DNA of 64,000 nt from a virus. Of the stretch, positions 22,986-32,163 are shown piece after piece (positions within the stretch are counted from its first letter, which is position 1; each line of letters begins with the position of its first letter). The stretch lies in the IMG/VR virus record IMGVR_UViG_3300033148_004259, positions 1 to 64,000 of that record. One strand, written 5' to 3'. The notes beneath the pieces are model-generated. The model worked only from the letters and a program-made list of their open reading frames with translations. It was not told where the DNA came from and did not search any database. Made by a program: the position numbers and the translations under genes.

Positions 22986-23406
22986 ACCTGGAACTAACGG
23001 TTCGTGGTTCGACATCGAAGGCAGGGGAAAGTTCCTGCCACGCTGGTATCATCTATCCAGCACGCATGGTCCAGCCCTGACTGTCTGTCTGCTTATCGAC
23101 CACAAGTTCGTACCGGTGTCCCGAGGTGTGTCGATCCGGTCTCTTCTGGATAACCCTTGTCGAAAGACGGGCCGGAACAAATCCCTCGGCCGGGCAGTCA
23201 AGGCCCTCATTCATCAAGGCACCGGCGAAGAAATACACCCCAGGCCGCCCGTACGGCAGGGAAAGAGCGAGTTCAGCAGTCACAACAAGTTCGCCATCAA
23301 ACAGGGTTTTCTGTGGAAATCGGAATACATGCCCTACTTGCATCCATACGAACTCACGTTGCTTGAGGCGGCTTGCAAATTCTGGAAAGGAAGGGTGCTG
23401 GCATGA
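22975..23406 (+). CDS. Hypothetical protein (143 aa)
   Basis: AAAGGAGCA RBS. Clean ORF. Confidence 0.7.
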   Translation: MPPEPGTNGSWFDIEGRGKFLPRWYHLSSTHGPALTVCLLIDHKFVPVSRGVSIRSLLDNPCRKTGRNKSLGRAVKALIHQGTGEEIHPRPPVRQGKSEFSSHNKFAIKQGFLWKSEYMPYLHPYELTLLEAACKFWKGRVLA

Positions 23407-24068
23407 TCAAGATTCCTGTCGCAGAAATACAAACTTGGAAACCTTGCCCGGAGTCATATCGTTGGTTCGACAAGTGGGAAAAGGAGGGTGTGAAAGCCAT
23501 CACCTTCAAGGAGGTGATCCAGGCAGCGGAGAGGGACGGACATGCATATCGACACGGACTGAGACAAGATGGATCCGCGGTAGCCGAAGACCAGTCTGCA
23601 TGTTGGGTCGGATGGACAATAGCCCACCTCGTACTGCATCGGCCCCTGGCGTGGGTCAAAGAACACCGGACGGAACTGACCAAGCTCATCAACGAGTTTC
23701 CCTGTGTACTGGTGTGGACTCATGGACTGCGGCCTCCTACTCGCCATCAGATGCGCAAGTACCACACTCGCATGGTCAGTTTGCTTCCGGACATACAACC
23801 CGGACTCGAACGGATCTACCTGCAGTACCAGGAAGGGGGCGGATTGGGGGTCAGACTTATTGCCATTGCCGAAAGCCTGGAGGCTTGCGAAGAAGCGGTC
23901 GAAGGATACTCCAACGCTACCAGGCGGAAACTCTTGGCCGCCCTGGACTCTGTCAAAAAGGCGTACGTCAATCGAGAGGTGGAGTGCCTCACGGACATGG
24001 AGACCGAGACATCCTTGCTGGCCAGCTTCGCTAAGGAGATACCTGAAGATGACTTGCCCACCTCATGA
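23403..24068 (+). CDS. Hypothetical protein (221 aa)
   Basis: AUGA overlap with the upstream stop. Trimmed from track ORF 23373..24068. Confidence 0.7.
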   Translation: MIKIPVAEIQTWKPCPESYRWFDKWEKEGVKAITFKEVIQAAERDGHAYRHGLRQDGSAVAEDQSACWVGWTIAHLVLHRPLAWVKEHRTELTKLINEFPCVLVWTHGLRPPTRHQMRKYHTRMVSLLPDIQPGLERIYLQYQEGGGLGVRLIAIAESLEACEEAVEGYSNATRRKLLAALDSVKKAYVNREVECLTDMETETSLLASFAKEIPEDDLPTS

Positions 24069-24237
24069 AACCTGGGAGATCGAGACGGCCCTGTTTAGTC
24101 TCATGGCCGACGGGATCATGGAGCGAGTGCCGGGGAACCCGGACAGGTGGTATCTGACCCCCAAGGGCAAGCGGGTAGCAATGGCGATAAAACTGGCGCG
24201 AATTCGCCACAAAAAGAAAACTGAACCCTTTCATTAA
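24049..24237 (+). CDS. Small winged-helix-like protein (62 aa)
   Basis: UAAGGAGA RBS. Basic C-terminus. Trimmed from track ORF 23704..24237. Confidence 0.5.
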   Translation: MTCPPHETWEIETALFSLMADGIMERVPGNPDRWYLTPKGKRVAMAIKLARIRHKKKTEPFH

Positions 24238-24351
24238 GGGGTGGGGTGGGGTGGTCCCCGTGCGGGACTCCCATGCCGTCCACGCCGCCCGTGACGAGAG
24301 TCGTCCGGTCTGAGCTCCAGAGCTCGACCCACACCACAAAAAGGATCGAAC

Positions 24352-24570
24352 ATGAACATCACCGTACCTGTCGAAAGAGCTCCGAAAGGAGCCATGTATC
24401 TTAGGGAGTCCTGGGCCTCCGGAGTCTACGACGGAAAAGAATTCACCCTTGACCTCAACGTAGACGGTCGCACCGTAATTTTCCAGATGTCCGGAGAGAC
24501 CTATCTTCTAACGACTCACGACCTTGGAAAGGCCCTATGTGAGCTTGCTGCGAAAGGAGCACGAGAATGA
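24352..24570 (+). CDS. Hypothetical protein (72 aa)
   Basis: AAAAGGA RBS. Follows the G-rich gap. Confidence 0.65.
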   Translation: MNITVPVERAPKGAMYLRESWASGVYDGKEFTLDLNVDGRTVIFQMSGETYLLTTHDLGKALCELAAKGARE

Positions 24571-24911
24571 CCATGGAGAAGCTGACCAGCAAACTCCAGA
24601 GTCGACACGACGGAAACAAATGCCCCTTATGCCGAAGTTCGTACATTGACAGGACCGACTCTCTGCATTTCTGTGAAAGTTCTGGGTACATGTTTGCGGA
24701 CTGGAAATGCCAGGACTGCAAGACGGAGTGGACGGAAGCCTGGACATTCGTATACACGGAAATACGGGAACTTGGCCATGTTAAAGAAGGAACCTGCGTT
24801 CTCTGCTACGGGCGGGAGCGTAGCAGAGGCCCATCGTTCGTTGAACTCGCTCCTGGATACTCTGTCTGTCCAGCCTGTTATGACAAACACTTTGTAAGGA
24901 GCCGCCGGTGA
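24567..24911 (+). CDS. Multi-CxxC zinc-binding protein (114 aa)
   Basis: CPLC, CQDC, CVLC and CPAC motifs. AAAGGAG RBS. AUGA overlap. Confidence 0.7.
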   Translation: MTMEKLTSKLQSRHDGNKCPLCRSSYIDRTDSLHFCESSGYMFADWKCQDCKTEWTEAWTFVYTEIRELGHVKEGTCVLCYGRERSRGPSFVELAPGYSVCPACYDKHFVRSRR

Positions 24912-25096
24912 AACTCCCAGTTGTCAACATCGACCTCAAGCGTCTGGCCGCCTGGGTCTACGGCCCGAACCGTGACAAGACCCGGACCCGACGCGAACTC
25001 AGACGCAAACAACGCAACCGTAACAAGGCCCGCATTCAAGCCGAGAGCCGACGTCGCAACAGGCCCCGGGGCAAGCGGGTGCGGAGGACACTATGA
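24908..25096 (+). CDS. Arg-rich basic protein (62 aa), GTG start
   Basis: UAAGGAG RBS. About 40 percent Arg/Lys in the C-terminal two thirds. Confidence 0.5.
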   Translation: MKLPVVNIDLKRLAAWVYGPNRDKTRTRRELRRKQRNRNKARIQAESRRRNRPRGKRVRRTL

Positions 25097-25311
25097 GCTT
25101 CAGAGAAATGGCAAGCCGCGAAGTTCGAGGTATCGTATTCGCCCAGGACGAAACTGCCCACTTGAACACCCCAGCCAAAGGAGAAATTTGGTACTTAGAG
25201 AAGGAGGACTACGGCACGTGCTGGATCGTGGCCCTGAAAAACGACAGAGAGGTACGGCGCTTTAACGTCCAAACTCTCGAATCCATTCACTGGAAAACCA
25301 AGGAGAACTAA
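25093..25311 (+). CDS. Hypothetical protein (72 aa)
   Basis: GCGGAGGA RBS. AUGA overlap. Confidence 0.65.
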   Translation: MSFREMASREVRGIVFAQDETAHLNTPAKGEIWYLEKEDYGTCWIVALKNDREVRRFNVQTLESIHWKTKEN

Positions 25312-25631
25312 TGACGCCGGAAGGACCCAACACCGACCAGCAGCAAAAAGACCAGGACGATCTCTTCGACGACTTCCTGGAGCAGGAAGGTTCCGTATTT
25401 CCCCTCGACCTGAACCTCGGGTCCCGACGCATTGTGGTTCCGGGCATAACCATCCGGGAACTCTTTACGGGACTCCTGGCCATCGGGCTGGCTCCAAGGC
25501 TCCGCGGGGACAATCAGCATCTTTGGGCTCGCAACGTGGTCCAAACGGCCGACGCCCTGCGGAACGAGCTTCAGCACTTTCGGGAGCACCAGAAAGCAAA
25601 GGGGGAAGCAAGTCCGACGTCCGACGGATGA
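25311..25631 (+). CDS. Hypothetical protein (106 aa)
   Basis: AAGGAGAA RBS. 1-nt overlap with the upstream stop. Confidence 0.65.
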   Translation: MTPEGPNTDQQQKDQDDLFDDFLEQEGSVFPLDLNLGSRRIVVPGITIRELFTGLLAIGLAPRLRGDNQHLWARNVVQTADALRNELQHFREHQKAKGEASPTSDG

Positions 25632-25691
25632 TCGAGCCAAGGTGCTCCCCCCGGAGTCGACCCGGAACACATTAAGGGAGGATCTGACCTG

Positions 25692-25784
25692 ATGCGTAAA
25701 TGGATACATCTTGTTGTCATGGGCTTTTCGTGGTCCATCTTGTATATCTGGTTTCGCACTGTTACGAAAAGGAGGACCGAATGA
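25692..25784 (+). CDS. Possible 30-aa single-TM peptide (MRKWIHLVVMGFSWSILYIWFRTVTKRRTE)
   Basis: Below the track cutoff. AAGGGAGGA RBS. AUGA overlap with the next gene. Confidence 0.35.
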   Translation: MRKWIHLVVMGFSWSILYIWFRTVTKRRTE

Positions 25785-26059
25785 AATTCGGAGGTTACCA
25801 TGTAGATAAGGACCCTACTACAAGGGCGTTTCGTAGTATACCGAAACTAACGGTTTTCGGTAGGGTGCCGTGCAGACTCGCCGATCCGATGGTCAAGCTC
25901 GGAGACGGCATTGCCATCTGCGAGAGGGGGTTCAAGAAGCTGAATGCAGCGAGGACATCCTGCGCGGCCGTCTTCGTTCGTTCTCTGAGCGCGGTGGTCC
26001 CGATGGACGAGGAAGAACTTGTCGAACCCCGTGGAACTTTGAACCTGGAGGCATCGTGA
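25781..26059 (+). CDS. Hypothetical protein (92 aa)
   Basis: AAAAGGAGGA RBS. Trimmed from track ORF 25700..26059. Confidence 0.6.
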   Translation: MKFGGYHVDKDPTTRAFRSIPKLTVFGRVPCRLADPMVKLGDGIAICERGFKKLNAARTSCAAVFVRSLSAVVPMDEEELVEPRGTLNLEAS

Positions 26060-26412
26060 TCAGGTTCGAATTGGACCGGCTGGATCGTTGTATACTTTGC
26101 GCGGACGCGAGAGAGCTCCTTGAGGCCGAACGCCGCAAACGCCCTCGAAAGAAGTTCGTGACCATGAAAGAGGTGAACGAGCGCATTCAGCAACAGCCGG
26201 ATAGAAAGACCAGACAGTGGTGGCTGGCCTGGATGATCTACATCACGCTCATGAAGTTCCGGGAACAGGTTGCACGGCACCCGAGGGAGTTCAAAAAGTG
26301 GTGTAAAGATGTTGAAGGCTGGTACGTCGAACAATATTTGCAAGCTCGTAGAGTCACTTTGCAATACTGCCTTGATGAGATAAGGGGGGAGTATGAACAA
26401 TCTTCTCGATAA
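26056..26412 (+). CDS. Hypothetical protein (118 aa), GTG start
   Basis: CUGGAGG RBS. GUGA overlap. Trimmed from track ORF 25870..26412. Confidence 0.6.
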   Translation: MIRFELDRLDRCILCADARELLEAERRKRPRKKFVTMKEVNERIQQQPDRKTRQWWLAWMIYITLMKFREQVARHPREFKKWCKDVEGWYVEQYLQARRVTLQYCLDEIRGEYEQSSR

Positions 26413-26671
26413 GCCCGGCCACCCACGGTACGTTCGGTTCGAACACAACGGTAGGAGCGTAGTAGGACGGACGGACCTCGTAGGCAAGCACCGAAAGCAC
26501 TGTCTGTGTTACGAATGCACCCTTGGTGCGCTCCTGGACGGAACTCCGACGATCTGCCTCACCGCAAAGCAGCTTTACGAACTGTGTAAGGCAACGGGCA
26601 TCATGGCCCCGGTCTACGAATGCCCTCAGTTCATCCCAAGAGACCCAAAGCGTCCAAGAGAGGAGGCTTGA
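26393..26671 (+). CDS. Hypothetical protein (92 aa)
   Basis: AAGGGGGGAG RBS. Confidence 0.65.
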   Translation: MNNLLDKPGHPRYVRFEHNGRSVVGRTDLVGKHRKHCLCYECTLGALLDGTPTICLTAKQLYELCKATGIMAPVYECPQFIPRDPKRPREEA

Positions 26672-26673
26672 TT

Positions 26674-26892
26674 ATGATGCTTACACCGAGAACCGAAGGA
26701 TACTGGCGAACTTTCGGCGAGTGGCTCAACGCCGTGTGTGAGATCATTGGTCGGGATCCGGTGTGCCGGTCCATGATCGCCGAATTCGACCCAAAGGAAC
26801 AATGGGTCAGAGGGCCACGCACCTTTTCAGGCGGCTTGCATGTTTTTGCATTGAAAAAGCTTGACAAACTGCCCTTAACTCCTTATAATTAA
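26674..26892 (+). CDS. Hypothetical protein (72 aa)
   Basis: GAGAGGAGG RBS. Its 3' end contains a consensus promoter. Confidence 0.6.
   Translation: MMLTPRTEGYWRTFGEWLNAVCEIIGRDPVCRSMIAEFDPKEQWVRGPRTFSGGLHVFALKKLDKLPLTPYN
26861..26889 (+). promoter_or_regulatory. Perfect consensus sigma70 promoter (TTGACA-N17-TATAAT)
   Basis: ttgaca (26861-26866), a 17-nt spacer, then tataat (26884-26889). Sits 26 nt upstream of the ATG at 26915. Confidence 0.6.
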
Positions 26893-26914
26893 GCACTCAC
26901 CATGAGGGCACAAC

Positions 26915-27208
26915 ATGGAAAATTCCGAACCTAAAGTAGTCGTCTACGGCCGTGCTTCACTTACGGACCTGGCTGCCATTGCGCGTTATTACGTGGAACG
27001 CGGCAATTTGCCTAAGTCTCGGGGCGGCCTTCTGTCCCAAGTCGTCAGGGACATGGCCAGTATGGTCCTTGCAATGCAGTTAGTAGAGGGCTTCCCAGAC
27101 TATCTAACTGCCAACGCTTACCTTATGTCCATAGGACTGGGGCCGAAGTCTACAAGAGAGCGAGCCAGCCAGTTCGTCCAGGACGTAACGGGGAAGGAGG
27201 CTGAATGA
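26915..27208 (+). CDS. Hypothetical protein (97 aa)
   Basis: First gene after the consensus promoter. GAGGG RBS. Confidence 0.7.
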   Translation: MENSEPKVVVYGRASLTDLAAIARYYVERGNLPKSRGGLLSQVVRDMASMVLAMQLVEGFPDYLTANAYLMSIGLGPKSTRERASQFVQDVTGKEAE

Positions 27209-28173
27209 AAATTTCGCACGTGCCGGATCTCTCTTATCCCATAGAGGTCCATCCATCATGGCACGTATTGGACAACTCGAAGCTCACTCTATATGCACGG
27301 TGCCCCCGCAGGTTCATGTTTAAGTACCTGATGGGGTGGGGTTCTGCAAGACCCTCTGTGCACACGAAATGGGGAGAGGCGGTGCACCTCATGCTGGCTC
27401 ACTGCTACCGGCACGGCTGGGATGCCCAGAATCGCCGGACAGCAATCGACTTAGCTACTGAACTCTACCGGGCCGTATTCACGGAAATGGACGACGTGGA
27501 AAACGCCCCCAAGACAGCGGCCCAGTTCGAACCCATTATCGAGCAGTACCTTAAGTGGTATGGCGCGGAAGAAAAATTCACTGTCCTGCACACTGAGGTG
27601 GCCTTTCACATGCAGCTCACCGACGACATCTCTATCGCCGGGCGCATGGACCTCGTTGGCCAGGAAGAGGACGAGTCCATCTTCGTCTTGGACTGGAAAA
27701 CGGCCGGGCGTATGCCGAACCAGAAGGCGATCAACCAGTGGCAACTGTCCAATCAGATGGCCACGTACCTCTACGCACTGCGCAAGAAGTACCCGGACCA
27801 CCAGGTCGACCGGGCCGTGATTTCCATCATTGTGCCTTACAAGAGCGGCAAGAAACCTGCATTTCTTCGAATACCGGTCTACTTGACGGACGAGCAACTC
27901 GAACTCTGGCGTCACGAAACCATCAACATGGTTAAGAATCTTCGGAAAGACTACGTTAGCCTTGCTGACGGTTCGAACCAGCAGTTTCCCGAGTTCTTCG
28001 AGCGCCGTACCATTGCCTGTTATGACTTTGCGTCTCTTTGCCCATACTTTGACCAGTGCTGTGCTTGGATCAATCCGTTAAGCCACTTATCTGAGGGCAT
28101 ACCCCACAACATGGCCAAATCGTATTGGGATCCAACCCGCGAAAAGGCCGAGGAGGTCTGGAACCTTGAATAA
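27205..28173 (+). CDS. PD-(D/E)XK nuclease, Cas4/RecB-like with Cys cluster (322 aa)
   Basis: N-terminal CPRRF, D...VLDWKT core, and C-terminal CYDFASLCPYFDQCC (four-Cys pattern typical of Cas4/AddB-type nucleases). Confidence 0.8.
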   Translation: MKISHVPDLSYPIEVHPSWHVLDNSKLTLYARCPRRFMFKYLMGWGSARPSVHTKWGEAVHLMLAHCYRHGWDAQNRRTAIDLATELYRAVFTEMDDVENAPKTAAQFEPIIEQYLKWYGAEEKFTVLHTEVAFHMQLTDDISIAGRMDLVGQEEDESIFVLDWKTAGRMPNQKAINQWQLSNQMATYLYALRKKYPDHQVDRAVISIIVPYKSGKKPAFLRIPVYLTDEQLELWRHETINMVKNLRKDYVSLADGSNQQFPEFFERRTIACYDFASLCPYFDQCCAWINPLSHLSEGIPHNMAKSYWDPTREKAEEVWNLE

Positions 28174-28271
28174 AAGGGACATGGAGAGCTTATTGTGGAT
28201 CGCAGCGACTTTCGTGCTGTCTCTTATACTACTCTATCTGTCCTTCGTATATGGACTATAGGAGGAACTGT

Positions 28272-29192
28272 ATGGTAGCAACACCACAGAAGAAGAAAAC
28301 GGCGCAGCTTACTACCCAACAGACGACACCGCCGAGCCAAAAGTCCGGAACGGTCAAGCCCCGCGCCGCCGCTCCGGCCATTACCTGGGCCGCTCTCTCC
28401 CAGGACCTTGGCGAGCGACGGGCCGGTTCTTCGTCCAGTAAGAAGACCAACATCATTCTATATGGAGACTCAGGCTACGGCAAGACAATGACGGCAGCGA
28501 CTGGAATCAGGCCCGTACTGGTAGACTCGTGGGACCCGACCGGTGCTCTTTCCATCAGGCACTGGGAGGAAGAGGGCTGGGTCCGGGTCGACGATTCATG
28601 GGAGACCCCCAGCCTCAACCGGGCGGTCGACTGGATTCGGTATGACCGAACTCTTCGGGAAAGAATGCGCAGCCGTATTTTCGACAGCATCGGGACGTAC
28701 GTCCTGGACTCCATTACTACCCTCTCCGTTGCTCTGCTCGAATGGGGCTATATGGAGGCTGGCAAAGAGTCCTCGTCCGGTGTTCCCGATGGCCGGGCTG
28801 CCTACGGCATAGCTCAAAAAGAGCTTCAGAACTTACTCACCCGAATCTGTTCTTTGCCGTGCGACGTTGTAGTAACGGCCCATCCAGACAAAGTAATCGT
28901 CACGGATTTGGGTGTGAAGGAACTCACTCCCCAGTTCATCGGACGCGTGAAGAGTCCGATGGCCCTTTTCTCCGAAATCTATTACGTGGAGGTGAAGAGA
29001 ACACTTAAAGACGACCCGAAGCGTGGCCGCAAGATAGGGGACCCTGTACGGTCTCTTTTGATCAATCCTGATGGAATAGTGAGGGCGAAGTCACGCTTGA
29101 ACAACCGGGGCCAGATACCCATTCGGGTAGAGCCTAATCTTAGAGCCCTCAGAAAACTGGCTGGTCTTCCTACGGAGGACAAGCCTTATTAA
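28272..29192 (+). CDS. AAA_24/Sak4-like RecA-fold ATPase (306 aa)
   Basis: Walker A ILYGDSGYGKT, Walker B-like YVLDS. Sits between the nuclease and an SSB-like gene. UAGGAGGAA RBS. Confidence 0.7.
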   Translation: MVATPQKKKTAQLTTQQTTPPSQKSGTVKPRAAAPAITWAALSQDLGERRAGSSSSKKTNIILYGDSGYGKTMTAATGIRPVLVDSWDPTGALSIRHWEEEGWVRVDDSWETPSLNRAVDWIRYDRTLRERMRSRIFDSIGTYVLDSITTLSVALLEWGYMEAGKESSSGVPDGRAAYGIAQKELQNLLTRICSLPCDVVVTAHPDKVIVTDLGVKELTPQFIGRVKSPMALFSEIYYVEVKRTLKDDPKRGRKIGDPVRSLLINPDGIVRAKSRLNNRGQIPIRVEPNLRALRKLAGLPTEDKPY

Positions 29193-29239
29193 CCGGGCCG
29201 TGTGGCCATATCATTCACCTTTCTTATGGAGGTCCTCAC

Positions 29240-29728
29240 ATGAGTGAAGACACCAGAGTTGGAGTCCCGGAACAGGGAACTCCTCCTGTCGATTCGGACG
29301 GCGTATTCTCATGGGGCGACGAGGACGAAGCTGTTCCGCCCGAACTTATTGCCCCCCGTACCAGGGCTCGGATCCAGATTATCGGCGTGCCGGAAGTAAA
29401 GTGCTCCAACGATCCGTCCAAGACCTCGCTCTGGTTGGAAGTCACCGTGGTCGCCCCTGATTATCCGACTTCCGACCCCATCATTGATCGGTTGTTCTTC
29501 CCGGACGTCTCCTCGGAGCCTCGGCAGAGGAACAGGCAGCTCACCCGGCTTCAAGAGTTTAAGGGCTGCTTCGGTTGGACCCCGCCCGCGGGCAGGCCGC
29601 GTCCGGGAGATCAGTATCCCGAGCTCTCCGAGGCGGTTGGAGAAGCTACCATCGGCATCGAGAAAGACCGCCGTGGGGAGTATCCCGACCGTAACAAGAT
29701 CTCGCACTATGAGGTCTCGGCTGAATAA
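29240..29728 (+). CDS. Putative DUF669-type ssDNA-binding protein (162 aa)
   Basis: Follows the Sak4-like ATPase, as in many phage recombination modules. The family assignment rests on context and weak pattern recall. Confidence 0.5.
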   Translation: MSEDTRVGVPEQGTPPVDSDGVFSWGDEDEAVPPELIAPRTRARIQIIGVPEVKCSNDPSKTSLWLEVTVVAPDYPTSDPIIDRLFFPDVSSEPRQRNRQLTRLQEFKGCFGWTPPAGRPRPGDQYPELSEAVGEATIGIEKDRRGEYPDRNKISHYEVSAE

Positions 29729-29740
29729 CACCTGATCCAA

Positions 29741-29770
29741 GGAGGCCCCTTCGGGGGCCTCCCTTCCCTT
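29741..29770 (+). terminator. Rho-independent terminator
   Basis: GGAGGCCCC-UUCG-GGGGCCUCC hairpin followed by CUUCCCUU. Confidence 0.6.
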
Positions 29771-29858
29771 AGAGGCAACTATGTTCGGAATGAACACTTG
29801 GTCAGGACCGTAAAATGCTTCGGCCTACCCTAACAACCCTCTACATTAGGAGATTCTC

Positions 29859-30872
29859 ATGGTGTACTTTTCTACATGGCGAAAATTCGCGGACGTAGCT
29901 CAAGACGTCCTGAAGTACGATAGTGGCTGTTCGGACCGGATCGTCCCTCTCAACAAGCTGGACTTCCAGTCCTTGAGCAAGATCTGGATCAGGGACAACT
30001 TCCATTATGTCAAGCCCCAGGCACAACGGCAGCTCTGCAGGTTCCTGGGACCCAAAAACGAACAGGGCAACCATATCGCCCTGCCCCATTCGTATCTCGA
30101 AAAGTGTCCTCCGGCCCAGCAAGCCAACCACCTGAACTACTGGCTTCAGAAGGCGCGTCAGGACCGGGGCGAGTTCTTTGTTCGCTTCGACCCGAAAGAC
30201 TGCATCCGGGCTGTCTTTTCCACCCGGTATCAGCCTTTCGACAATTCGGACATTATCTCGGAACTGGGCCGTCGAATTCCAAACGATGAGGACGTGCGGA
30301 CCCGCGTCGACGACAACTTTTTTCAGATCGAGGTGCCTGCCGACGCTCCGTCCAGGCGTGCCGTTGCAGACAATCCGGACTCTGTCTTCAAGACTGGCAT
30401 CACAGTCTGGAACTCCGAGACCGGCTTAAGCTCGTATGCAGTCGCCCCCATGATCCTGGTTCTGGTATGTACCAATGGCATGGTGGGAACCCGACACGGC
30501 GAGATCTCCAAGTACCGGCATATCAGGTCTCAGCATTCCGAGAGGTTCAACGAGATCCTCACTGACGCTCTGGAACTGGCGTCCAATGGTATTGGCGACA
30601 CGTTTCAGAAGCTCCATTCCATAGTGGTTGAGGATCCTCTCGCCGTAATCGAATCCTACCGGAAGAAGTACGGTGTGACCGAGGACGAAAAGCAGTATCT
30701 CGAATATGCCTACGAGCACGAGGCTCCAACTCGTTCCGGTCAGCAGGCCACCATGTATAATGTGGTCCAGACCTTCACCCGAGTAGGCAACGATCATCGC
30801 CTGGATCCCCACCGTCAGTCCGAGTTTCAGCGCATTGGCGGCCGCATTGCCGAAAGCTTAGTGGAGGGATGA
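29859..30872 (+). CDS. DUF932-family protein (337 aa)
   Basis: VWNSETGLSSYAVAPMILVLVCTNGMV matches the NSxxGxS...CxNG core of DUF932. UAGGAGA RBS. Confidence 0.65.
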   Translation: MVYFSTWRKFADVAQDVLKYDSGCSDRIVPLNKLDFQSLSKIWIRDNFHYVKPQAQRQLCRFLGPKNEQGNHIALPHSYLEKCPPAQQANHLNYWLQKARQDRGEFFVRFDPKDCIRAVFSTRYQPFDNSDIISELGRRIPNDEDVRTRVDDNFFQIEVPADAPSRRAVADNPDSVFKTGITVWNSETGLSSYAVAPMILVLVCTNGMVGTRHGEISKYRHIRSQHSERFNEILTDALELASNGIGDTFQKLHSIVVEDPLAVIESYRKKYGVTEDEKQYLEYAYEHEAPTRSGQQATMYNVVQTFTRVGNDHRLDPHRQSEFQRIGGRIAESLVEG

Positions 30873-30947
30873 TGAACGACTGGAAACGCTGCAAGGAAGC
30901 CTAAGCCGTATGAGCATAGACATTCTTTCACAATGGGAGCATCCTTA

Positions 30948-31316
30948 ATGAGGCTTCAAGACTATAAACTCAGTCCTATCGAAATGAGTTCGGAAGACCT
31001 GACCAGCCTGGTTACTGCAATTCAGGCTTCCCGTCTGGTCGCCAAGACTAAGCCTAAGAAGGCAGCGGCCAAGCCTGGAAAGATCCACATCTGGGCTTAC
31101 ACTCAGCCTCCGCTCGACCAGGGGGAGAAAGGAACTGAGATTGCATATTGCAAGAAGCACCGTCCCGAAGGCACGCGCAAGGTCCGCATTCGCAAGATAG
31201 AGCGCGTAACCAAGAAAGACATCGAGGAATTTTGCAAGGCTTGCATAAAGGCTGCGAAGAAGGAGGGAGGTGCAACGTGGGTGCAGTTAGCCGGGCTTTT
31301 GTCACCCGCTCGGTAA
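30948..31316 (+). CDS. Lys-rich hypothetical protein (122 aa)
   Basis: GGGAG RBS before the second ATG (30948). The track start at 30933 has no RBS. Confidence 0.55.
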   Translation: MRLQDYKLSPIEMSSEDLTSLVTAIQASRLVAKTKPKKAAAKPGKIHIWAYTQPPLDQGEKGTEIAYCKKHRPEGTRKVRIRKIERVTKKDIEEFCKACIKAAKKEGGATWVQLAGLLSPAR

Positions 31317-31472
31317 GGAATACCGACCAGGCAATCGCCGTACCTGCTTGAACGATGCGACTGCGGTGCGGCGTTTGCCCTCGAAACTCATCAACACAGT
31401 AGAGTGCGCCACTGAGAAGTCGTTCCAGAACGTCCTCAAAAAGTGGTCCTCTAAATCGTAAGGAGGTTCGGC

Positions 31473-31820
31473 ATGGACATCGAATTTGCCGTCACTACCA
31501 CCATTATAATCACTCTCCTTGTGGCTCTCAGCTTAGCCTTGACAAAGCTGTTGGAGCTTCGGAGAGAGTTCGAGATGGCAGAAACCATCATTGCCGCCTT
31601 GATAGAGACGCCCATCAATACGGCTCAAGCGGCACAGAGGCTCGGAGTTTCCGCAAAGACTGTTCGCAAACTCGTGCGTGAGGGAACACTTGAGGGTTCT
31701 AAAGTAGGACGTAGAATTCGCATATCTCCGTCCTCGCTCATTAAGCTCCGAGGACAGATTAACGAGTTGAGGAGGGCACGTGGCCACATTTCGGGAACAA
31801 GTAAAATATCGTCTGAATGA
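31473..31820 (+). CDS. Membrane-anchored excisionase/MerR-type HTH protein (115 aa)
   Basis: N-terminal TM segment (TTTIIITLLVALSLAL), then TAQAAQRLGVSAKTVRKLVREGTLEGSKVGRRIRI. UAAGGAGG RBS. Confidence 0.65.
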   Translation: MDIEFAVTTTIIITLLVALSLALTKLLELRREFEMAETIIAALIETPINTAQAAQRLGVSAKTVRKLVREGTLEGSKVGRRIRISPSSLIKLRGQINELRRARGHISGTSKISSE

Positions 31821-32163
31821 CCGACTCATGGAGGCTGCCGGTACTGATTTTCTGGACGGGGTGGTTCTTGAGCTGGCTTGTGCTGCTTGTCGAGGCGCCG
31901 TCAACAAGATGAGTGCCAGCTTTCAGGCCAGCGTGCTTCGAGCCGTTAAAGCCCATCGCATTACAAAGGACGAGGCCGTAGACTTTGTCGCTACGATCAT
32001 CCTCGCTGCCTTCGCTTCTGCAGCCTCCGGTGCGCCTTTGCCGCAAGTAGACCAAGGGCGCAATCGCTGTCGAAAGTGTGGGAAGTTCTCTACCCTGTAT
32101 CTTTGTCCTGACTGCGACGAGCGCGGAAAGGGGGCAAGACATTGTCTATCCACATCCGGGTAG
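31780..32163 (+). CDS. Hypothetical protein with C-terminal zinc ribbon (127 aa), GTG start
   Basis: GGAGGG RBS. CRKCG...CPDC motif. Confidence 0.5.
   Translation: MATFREQVKYRLNDRLMEAAGTDFLDGVVLELACAACRGAVNKMSASFQASVLRAVKAHRITKDEAVDFVATIILAAFASAASGAPLPQVDQGRNRCRKCGKFSTLYLCPDCDERGKGARHCLSTSG

Noticed and set aside
23126-24034. 302-aa plus-strand ORF in an alternative frame of the 22975..24068 genes (similar cases: 25795..26487 (-), 19539..20285 (-), 20445..21053 (-), 42423..43493 (+))
   Set aside because: These are alternative-frame or antisense ORFs over better-supported genes. They are Arg/Gly/Pro-rich and lack start-site signals.
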